From positions 17,298,001 through 17,362,000 of the forward strand of contig NC_043012.1 in assembly GCF_006345805.1 (NCBI RefSeq): a stretch of DNA of 64,000 nt, read 5' to 3'. A model generated the notes under the pieces. The model was not told the DNA's origin, ran no database searches, and saw only the letters and a list, made by a program, of their open reading frames with translations. Numbering within the stretch: position 1 is the stretch's first letter; the number at the start of each line of letters is the position of its first letter. Source of the DNA: Octopus sinensis. Its lineage: Eukaryota. The position numbers and the translations under genes were made by a program. Below, in pieces: positions 54,462-64,000 of the stretch.

Positions 54462-55169
54462 CGTAACATATGGTATAATCATAAACAGGGTAGATTTTAG
54501 CATTTCTCCGCCAAAATGATGAACGACCTTTGTCGTTTTTCGAACCTTATTGGGCTTTCATCAGAGGCGTCCACATTATATAATATATTATATATATATA
54601 TATATTGTTGTGCTTCAGGTTGTTTTTTCTTTCCAAATAAACACATACACTACATATATATATATATATATATATGTGTGTGTATGTTTGTGTGTGTGTG
54701 TGTGTGTGGTGTGTGTGTGTGTGTGTGCCGTAGTTTTTTGTAGCAGTGTTGCCTTCTCCTCAGCCCCATCCTTTCACCCCATTATGCTGCTGCTGTTCAA
54801 AGACCTGTCAAATAGAATAGGGTACAGTTCCTCTATGCCTCTATGTATGTGTGTTCGCCCACGGTTTTGCCATCGTGTAGTTGGTGCTGCCATCGTAGGG
54901 ACCGCCGCTGCTACTAAAACTATAAGTTGAAGTTTCATGTGACTGAGTTCGTGTGTGTGTATGGGTTCGCTTCGCATGGACTCATGCCCTTTATATAGTT
55001 TTATTTATCTATTTATTTTATCTACACTTATTACAGGAATGTGACAGATATATATTTATTAATATATTTATTTATTTCCTTTTTTATATATGTATCTCTA
55101 TTTCTCATAAGTAATACAGGTAAGTGCATATATATCTATTGGGTGTATATTAACCTGTATGTTCCTGTG

Positions 55170-55600
55170 TATTATTGACGATGTTTTCCCTCTCTTTTCT
55201 CAACCCTGCTATCTTCAGTCATGTGGTGTGGTGTATGTTGGGTCTTACTATTCCATTCGTGTTTTTTATTGAGGTTCGGTCTGTCTACTGTTATGTATGT
55301 AACCTCTGTAATCTGTCTCAGTGTCATGTCAGTTCTATGTATCGATAATACTTGAAACTCTATGCTATCAATCGAGCCTCCATATTTTGCTTTAGCATGT
55401 TTGTAGAGCACTGACTATTTTTTCCCTTTCTTTCAGCTCTCACCAGTGTTCAACTATACGTTCCCCTATGCTACGTGCAGCTTCACCACTGTCGGTAATT
55501 GTAATGCTTCTGCACCGTCCCTCAGTACACCGTAAGCTATACACTACATTCATAGCCTTACAGTTAATCTGTGGGTTCATCCTACATACAACACAATTGT
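55170..55600 (-). mobile_element. Penelope-like GIY-YIG endonuclease fragment (a different lineage from 40275)
   Basis: INCKAMNVVYSLRCTEGRC...GEAARSIGERIVEH...LYKHAK...TLRQITEV..I...PNLNKKHEWN. Confidence 0.75.
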
Positions 55601-55779
55601 ACTTCGTACAGTGTTACTTATCAAAGGGATAGGTATTGCAGATCAGGTATTTTAAAGGGGTACCAGGCCTCTCTACTACTTTAATTCGTAGATTAGCCTT
55701 ACTTAATGTTTTTCTATATGCATATATATATGCATTGTACGTATATATACACACACGTATACCTGTATATAAGTGTGTA

Positions 55780-55815
<36 letters not shown>

Positions 55816-55955
55816 TGTATGTATGTATGTATGTATGTATGTATGTATATATATATATATAATATATATATATATACATATATACATATATACATATATA
55901 TATATATGTATATATGTGTATATATAAATATATGCACACACAAATACACACACAT

Positions 55956-56006
<51 letters not shown>

Positions 56007-56039
56007 CACATATATATAAATGTGTACACATGTATGTAT

Positions 56040-56248
56040 CTTTGTATTTGTTTTCGACCGCTTGTCAATTGGTGTTTGTTTGTTCACCACCCGTAACTTA
56101 ACGGTTCGGCAATGTAGACCGGTATAATAAGTATCAGACTTTACATAAAACAAGCACTGAGGTCAATTCGTTGTACATACACCCTTCGAGGAGGTGCCCC
56201 AACGTGGCCGCAGTCCAGTGACTGAACCAAGTAAAAGATAAAAGATAA
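56040..56248 (+). mobile_element. SINE 3' half (26710-type family)
   Basis: gtaacttaacggttcggcaa...gtggccgcagtccagtgactgaaccaagtaaaagataaaaga. Confidence 0.78.
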
Positions 56249-56557
56249 ATATTCCGAACATTTCGCCAGTTTTAGTAAATCAATCATTGTCTGGTAAAAG
56301 ATTAGAAACTACCATTTCTGTGATTCTGCTTCCCTCACTTCTGGGAATATTGGCGATGGAATCGATTCAGCACACGAATAATATCTGTTCATCGTTCCCA
56401 GAAGTGTACACAAGGAAGTTAGTTTCAGAATCTTTGAAATCATTAAGTAAGATGCTGTAAATGGATACAAGTGACTTTCGGGGTGGATGGTGTTCATTCG
56501 GTAAAAAATAAGCACTAATTCTCCCATAAATCATACACTATCGCTTTAAATAATTTA

Positions 56558-56755
56558 GGCGGCGAGCTGGCAGAAACGTTAGCGCGCCGGGCGAAATGCT
56601 TAGCGATATTTCGTCTGTCGTTACGTTCTGAGTTCAAATTCCGCCGAGGTCGACTTTGCCTTTCATCCTCTCGGGGTCGATAAATAAAGTACCAGTTTCG
56701 CACTGGGGTCGATGTAATCGACTTAATCCCTTTGTCTGTCCTTGTTTGTCTCTTG
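56558..56755 (+). mobile_element. Family-B SINE whose tail is displaced to about 58507-58552
   Basis: ggcggcgagctggcagaaacgttagcg...gagttcaaattcc...tgtccttgtttgtc. The missing tail cctctgtgttcagcc...gtggccaataaa reappears at about 58520. Confidence 0.8.
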
Positions 56756-56789
56756 TTTGATAATTAGAAGTGGAATGTATCGTTTACCT

Positions 56790-57690
56790 AATGGTCAGAA
56801 TACTTCTCGTTCCTGATTAAGCATCCGCTCTATTTCATTTTCTTGTTCATAGCTGATTCATAGAATCATTTTTGAGGATAATTTTTGTTTTAGTTGACAA
56901 GTGAGGGCTCACATCTTCAAGATCATTGATAAATGACAGTTCGTAATGCCCAAACGAAATTTGAATGAGAGCATCCCTCCCATTTTTGCTACTTAAAATG
57001 TGATCCTTTATCTCATCGATCGACACTTCATTTGGAAATACCTTGTGTACTCCGTATAAATGTCTTATTTGAGATTTATTAGATTAGCGAAGGGCTTTGT
57101 ATTCCATTTCGTTCAGAAAGGAGGCTGACGTCTAATCATACAATCTCTTTTATAAGATACAAATATTACCTCGCTAGAGAGCGCTACCTCTTCAGAAGAA
57201 GTATATCCCTCTTCACTGGAGGTATACCACTCCTTGATGGTAAAAAAAAGATTGGATTAAAACAAACTCTTTTTATATTGAATGAATTTTAGCTATTTTA
57301 GGACTTCACTTCTTTAGCTTCTGGTTCCACTTCATATATGTCGAAGAGGTAATACAGCTACGAGAATGTGCTTTCTATCCATTTAGTTCTTGATGTTTTC
57401 TTGTTTTGTGGATGTTCTTTATTTCATTTGGAGAAGTAACTATTGAGGCTAATAGTTTCATGCTGGAAATGAGAACAAGGCAGTTTTATTTGTCGGTTCT
57501 CAACTTCCGCTTGGCTTCATCTAAAAGCACACAGATCCATTATTTGTTCTTACTCTTCTTGTTTAAGCTGTTCAACACTTTCTATGTAGAAAGCCTTTAA
57601 ATGTGTTTTTACTTACACGGATGTAGGAGCTGGAGGTAGGTCGTCTATCTCGGATCCTGAATAAAAATTTTTTCCCTCTCTCCCGCCTAC
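56790..57690 (-). pseudogene. Decayed ORF of unknown homology, downstream of a PLE 3' end
   Basis: Long codon-like frames broken by isolated stops (e.g. FYIESVEQLKQEE*EQIMDLCAFR*SQAEVENRQ...; SQIRHLYGVHKVFPNEVSIDEIKDHILSSKNGRDALIQISFGHYELSFIND...). Confidence 0.4.
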
Positions 57691-57859
57691 AAATCACAGT
57701 TCGGCTATTGATAAATAATTATTAATTATATATAAAGCAAATTTTATACATAACAAAACTTTAAAAATCACCCAAAATTGCACACTCCTTACAGAAGAAA
57801 GTTTACACATTGTGTATGCGCTTTTTACTGTTTCATACATATTGTATGATGATAGTTTT

Positions 57860-58480
57860 TAGTACGGTGGTTAACTATTTACGGTTTGCCTTCGGATTCC
57901 GAATTGATATAATGTATTGTACTTTTGCTTTGCGTAGTTGATAATTTTCTTCATTTATTCAGAAGAAAGGGAACATTTTGAAATTCCCTTTCCCTAGAAG
58001 TTCCCTACATGGAACATGGTCTAAGAGCGGAATATTTTATTTGTTGTTTATGTACCCAAACCCGATACATTAAGATTGATCTCGTTTGGCCGATATAGTT
58101 GTCATGGCATTGTGGGCAAGTGATGTAGTAAGTGAGAATTTTTTATTTTGCCATTTATATATACATTCAATCAGTAATTACTTCCCATTCTTGAATTTTT
58201 TTGTTTTAGTTTGTTCAATTAATTCTCATTTCCCACAACGAAATTTATCTTACCTGAATTTATCTTACCTGAATTATTTCTTCTGCAGATATGTATTTCG
58301 ATTCAGAAGTTTGGGGATTGTTTTCAGCTGTTAATATTTGTGACTTTGTTTTCTGTGATTTGATAATTAGAAGTGGAATGTATCGTTTACCTAAATAATT
58401 ATATGTATTTTTCTTTTTTTTTTTCCTGATCTCTTTTCATCGGAATTTTACTTTATTTCCTTATTCTCCACCCGCACTTT
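57860..58480 (-). mobile_element. Penelope-like linker + GIY-YIG fragment
   Basis: ITCPQCHDNYIGQTRS...RVWVHKQQIK...FKMFPF...LRKAK. Confidence 0.78.
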
Positions 58481-58550
58481 TTCATTTTCGAAAAGAAAAG
58501 CGCTACATTTGTATTTGTATCCTCTGTGTTCAGCCGTGTGTGGCCAATAA

Positions 58551-58888
<338 letters not shown>

Positions 58889-59119
58889 GTTTCTAAGATC
58901 ATGGGTGACTACAAATAGAATATTTACGTCTTTGTCTTCGGCTCTCATCGTGAAGATTTCTCCGTAAGACTGAGATTAGGAGGACTTTTGCCTTGGTTGC
59001 GACATGAATTAACAAGTTTTTCCGGGTATTTTTCTTTCCAAAGGGAAATCTTTACTTTCACCAGTTGCTTGTCTCATCTGCTTAAATTCTCCATCTATTA
59101 CACGTCTTACGATATTGAT

Positions 59120-59333
59120 TTAAAATTTTGACACAATGTCAGAAATTTCGGGGAGAGGATAAGTCGGTTACAGAGTCCCCAGCACGCACGCAACTGGTAC
59201 TTATGTTATTGACCTCGAAAAGATGAAAGGCAAAGTCGGCCTCGACGGAATTTGAACATCGAACATAAGGAAGGACAAAATGCCACTAAACATTTTGTCC
59301 GAGGTCCTAACAATTCTGCCAACTCACCGCCTT
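59120..59333 (-). mobile_element. Degraded family-B SINE
   Basis: caactggtacttatg...gatgaaaggcaaagtcggcctcgacggaatttgaac...aacaattctgccaactcaccgcc. Confidence 0.8.
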
Positions 59334-60065
59334 AAATACATCTTGCTATATTAAATGGAGTTTTTCTTTTAATATGGGATAAGTGTCAAGATCTAATATC
59401 TAGTATTGGTGTATATCTGATTACTTGCAGCAGAAACTATTACAGACAATCATGTTATGCCTTCCCAAATCCGACAAATATATAATCGCAGACAGAAACA
59501 CAGATACCCGCAAATTCCATTTACACATATTTATTTACACAGCTTTTGGTATTTGTCTATTGCGCTGGCAAGTCCAAGAAAAAATAATGAGCTAACTATA
59601 CTGGTACTGCATTATAATTTCTCCAAGAAACTCTAAGAGCAATAGAAATAATATTGACATTGTTTAACTTATTAGATGTTTCCATTCAATTTGATTCAGC
59701 AAGTAAGAATTTATTTAACCGAGTCAGAGCTAAATGGATTACGTTAATTTACTAAATTAATATTTTCGGTTTATATCACTTTGGAACATGGAAGTGGAGC
59801 GGCAACCATGCGATTGGTTGTGCAGAATAATCTCAATTTAGAAGATTATTTACGTAAACCAGTTAGCTTGATGATTGGAATAATTCGTACAGAGAAGTGA
59901 AAGTTTGAAATGAGCTTAATGATATCTTGAAAATATTTAGAAATGTAATTGAGTTATAAAATTAATATATGAAGCGTCACTTGATAAGAGTGGGTTTATC
60001 GCCTAGGCTGGTTAGAGGGGGTTAACATCAACTACTTTGGAATTTTATACGCTTTAAGCAAATAA

Positions 60066-60110
<45 letters not shown>

Positions 60111-60155
60111 GTGTGTGTATAGATATATATGTATATATATATATATATATGTGAA

Positions 60156-60487
60156 GGCGCATGGCTCAGTGGTTAGAGCGTCGAGCTTACGATCGTGAGG
60201 TTGTGAGCTCGAATCCCGGACCGGGCTGCGTGTTGTGTTCTCGAGCAAGGCACTTTATTTCACGTTGCTCCAGTTCACTCAGCTGTAGAAATGAGTTGCA
60301 ACGTCACTGGTGCCAAGCTGTATCGACCTTTGTCTTTCCCTTGGATAACACTGGTGGCGTAGAGAGGGAGGCTGGTATGCATGGGCGACTGCTGGCCTTC
60401 CATAAACAACCTGCCCGGACTTGTGTCTAGGAGGGTAACTTTCTAGGTGCAATCCCATGGTCATTCAGACCGAAGGGGGTCTTTACC

Positions 60488-60490
<3 letters not shown>
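60156..60490 (+). mobile_element. Full-length tRNA-derived SINE (family A)
   Basis: A box tggctcagtgg, B box gctcgaatccc, a non-tRNA body of about 250 nt, set in a TA tract. Confidence 0.9.
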
Positions 60491-60547
<57 letters not shown>

Positions 60548-60617
60548 TATATATATATTTATATATATGTAGGTCCCGGGTTGATTCGGGGTTAACCACA
60601 GTAATAAGGTACTCAAT

Positions 60618-60666
60618 GCTTCCTGAAGATTTCTCTTGAATGAAACAGTTCTAGTCCTGTAGAAGC
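60618..60666 (+). ncRNA. Near-canonical type-I hammerhead with a true stem-loop III
   Basis: GCUUC CUGAAGA U-UUC-UCUU-GAA-U GAA ACAG-UUCUAGUC-CUGU A GAAGC. The only defect is a U.U at 10.1-11.1. Confidence 0.62.
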
Positions 60667-60728
60667 TCCTTCTATATAATAAATATATTTATATATATAT
60701 ATATATGTGTGTGTGTGTATAGATATAG

Positions 60729-60766
<38 letters not shown>

Positions 60767-60833
60767 GTGTGTGTGTATAGATATATATATGTATATATAT
60801 ATATATTTATATATATATATATTTATATATATA

Positions 60834-60913
<80 letters not shown>

Positions 60914-61042
60914 TGTATGTGTGTGAATGTGTCTGGGTGTGTTCATACATACATACATTCATGCATACATTCATGCATACATTCCTGTATACATACATCC
61001 TCGTCAGGCACACGCACACAGACACACACACGCGCGCACACA

Positions 61043-61093
<51 letters not shown>

Positions 61094-61898
61094 ACATAAA
61101 CGGGATTTTGAACACGAAAATGTTTCAGAAACTATTTTGTTCAATCATTGTATTAATTTCTCTCGAAGGTTAGTATTATTTCTTGCATTTGTATTATTAG
61201 ATTAGTCCAAAGTTATTACGTTTAAATTCAGAATGCAATATGTATTAAATATATTTAAGTTCAGTATTTAATTGAAGGAAACTCTAGATTGTATGACCAA
61301 AATATCAGCGAATATATTTAAAATAAGAAAGAACATAAAATCGATGCATTTCCTAGGGATTTAATGACAATGGTTATTTTCTTTTCTTTTTTTTTTTGAT
61401 ATACAAAACGTAGATTATATATTCGCTAAACGACAAATATTCTCAAATAATCTTAAATACCAAGCATTTTATTTTTAAAAATCTGCCAATACATCTTATG
61501 CTAGCAAGAGTTTGTTTACGCTGTCACTAAATCTTTCACGATAGACACACGACCGTATTAAAATTAACGAAGGATGTTTGACATAAGAGACATAAACATC
61601 AACGGGTTAGTCACGTCTGGGATGCCACCGCTTATGGTTTTTTTTTTTTCCTTCAGCGCTGCCCATTGTAAAGTAAGTAAAATTACAGCGAACCACATAG
61701 ATCTAAGTTGGTTGTGATACCAGAAAATAAAATCCTTTAAATCAGTAAACTCAAGAGATTAATACATTTAACTTGACACAAGACAACTTGTTAGAGGAAA
61801 CTGGTACATAATTGATGTGTAATTTATTAATTAATTCATAACTGGACATGGATTAAAGGTAGATATCCGCAGATTGATAAAGCAACACTTACTGTCAA

Positions 61899-62228
61899 GT
61901 CGAAATGCATTACGGCATTTAGTTGCTTAGAGATTAACTATATTCTTTTCTACACTAGGCACAAGGCCCGAAATTTTGGGGTTGGGGGCCTGTCGATTAG
62001 ATCAACTCCAGTACGCAACTGGTACTTAATTTATCGACCCCGAAAGGATGAACGGTCTCAAAGAAGAATCATGATGTGTACAAATTTTACTTTCGGGGTC
62101 GATAAATTAAGTACCAGTTGCGTACTGGGGTTGATCTAATCGAAAGGCTCCCAACCCCAAAATTGTGCCTAGTGTAGAAAACAATATGGTTAATCTCTAG
62201 GCAGCTAAATGCCGTAATGCATTTCGAC
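61899..62228. repeat. Inverted duplication (about 145-bp arms) spanning a SINE 3' half plus flank
   Basis: 61899-62046 is the reverse complement of 62090-62228 with small differences. Confidence 0.88.
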
Positions 62229-62984
62229 GAGAACAGGCTCAACAGAACGCAAACTAACTGCCGTAATACAAAAGGAAAACAATGTGGAAAGCAGGGAAGC
62301 GGTAACTTTCCGTTCTTGCTATTGTCAGTTAAATTTGGGAAGCTATGTAAATATGTACCGATTTCATTGACTTTAGTACCTGGCTGGTACATTATTTATC
62401 GACCCTGGGTGGCTAAAGGAAAAGCTGACCGAAGGACAGATGTAACTCAGATGTAACTCAAAAGGTGTATTTCGTTTGATTTGCTAAGGTTCCTGAAATC
62501 ACCGTTCTTCAAATTTTGATTAATACTAAAAGTAAAAAGAGGCACTACGCCTATGCTATAAAACATCTCTTGATAGATAAACATGACCCCATTTAATATG
62601 CTGCGATTGACCTTTCAATATTTCATTCATGCTTGACTCAATACGAAAGGAAAACAATATTGAAAGGAGGGAAGCGTTAACTTTTCGTTCTTGTACTTGT
62701 CAGTTAAATTTGGGAAGATATGTAAAATTTGCACACATCATGATTCTTCTTTAAGGCCAGATATACTACAAAACTATGGATAATTCGACGTCTTTGCCAG
62801 CGGAGGGCAGAGCGCAGTGTCGAGTACTTCGTGTTAATAAAAGGATTCCTCAAACAACAGGCTAGAAACATAATTGCTCTGGGATTCCAAGAGTCTCATT
62901 CTAAAATCGGAAAATGTAATTATTTGTATTTTTGGCATTCGTTTCAAATGAATTTTTTTGCCTCTCGACCTGAAATAATACACA

Positions 62985-62990
62985 CACAGA

Positions 62991-63022
<32 letters not shown>

Positions 63023-63023
63023 T

Positions 63024-63110
<87 letters not shown>
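62985..63110. repeat. (CA)n microsatellite
   Basis: Direct reading. Confidence 0.97.
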
Positions 63111-63113
<3 letters not shown>

Positions 63114-64000
63114 CTAACGAAAATTTCTTTATATATATATCATCAGCGTTTTCGGAGAGAATAATGTGTAAAGAGTATTGTCAGTTTTAATAATGAAGAA
63201 TAGAAAAAAAAATCAGATATCAGACATACACACACACACACGAGACATTGCTTTTCCCGTATAACAGAATAATCTCGCACAATAAAGTCAGTAGATTATT
63301 GGTATGCATTGATTCCCATTGGTAAACACCCGAACGAACGACAAACATCTAATGATAAAATAATAGTAAAATGTATATCATATATCCATGTGGTATTTCA
63401 TGTACAAATCATGAATAGTTATTTTTACTTTGTTTTCTCTATACTACATGAGAAATATCCTGTATTAAACCATTCAGTATCGAGTTGTCTGGGGGAACTT
63501 TATGAAGTATAGTAATCAGCTTGAAAGTACATTAAAAATGAGAATTTTATTGGCTGATGGCAGAAAAGCTAATGTTTTGTGCATCTGTGTCGTTAAATTG
63601 ATTTTCCTCACGATATTCTGGCTTCGAACATGAGGATCCCTTGGGAAAAGCAACAAAATAAACGAGCTGAGCGAAAAGTTTTTTTTTTGCTTTCTCAAAG
63701 CAAATATTGTTATTTATTTGTAGAATATTATGTTTATATGGGAATAAGTTCATAAATATAGGTTTATATATACAGCCCACATCAGAATATTTATCGAGGA
63801 AATGGTAAATTCATACATACCTATATACATACATACATATATACATACATATATATATACATATATATACATATATACATACGGATATACATACATACAT
63901 ATATATATAAAGCAGGCTTGCATAAAGATGCATTCATTTATGGTCAGATTCACATAGGTACATACACATACTAACATTGGCTTACACACATACACGCAGA

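Noticed and set aside
54520-54573. CUGAUGA-stem-GAAA on the minus strand
   Set aside because: The core boxes are present but stem III and the cleavage triplet cannot be formed. It is at best a dead relic, so it is not listed as a feature.
57617-57656. 40-nt minus-strand segment with perfect acceptor and gtaagt donor
   Set aside because: It lies inside a PLE-associated insertion and in frame with a decayed ORF. The next apparent intron would be only 35 nt.
60156-60230. tRNA-like sequences here and at 1640-1704, 22840-22909, 26710-26770, 31133-31190, 42535-42594 and 56558-56645
   Set aside because: They have A/B boxes but no closing acceptor stem, and they run into shared SINE bodies. They are SINE heads, not tRNA genes.

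Overview
AT-rich, repeat-saturated animal genomic DNA. It is most likely an octopus (an inference from the tRNA-derived SINE families and the dense TA/CA/GATA/TAA microsatellites). There is no intact protein-coding gene. Nearly all long ORFs in the supplied track are microsatellite translations or transposon remnants. One plausible internal exon (7113-7230, +) and a CpG-rich promoter-like island (about 29030-29350) suggest most of the window is intronic. Mobile DNA includes at least eight Penelope-like element (PLE) fragments (RT and/or GIY-YIG), a near full-length DD34D mariner (38019-39309), deleted mariner/Tc1 copies, MITEs, RTE and CR1/L2-like LINE pieces, and many SINEs. The main result of the hunt is a set of minimal type-I hammerhead ribozyme folds in PLE 3' ends. 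Their catalytic cores show all four Watson-Crick combinations at the 3-8 pair (C-G, A-U, U-A, G-C), so a strict CUGANGA search would miss most of them. One tRNA-headed SINE family carries its own hammerhead, and the ribozyme-bearing elements repeatedly form head-to-head foldback insertions. Several near-identical duplications differ mainly by homopolymer indels and may be long-read assembly artefacts. All alignments, translations and folds were done by eye.
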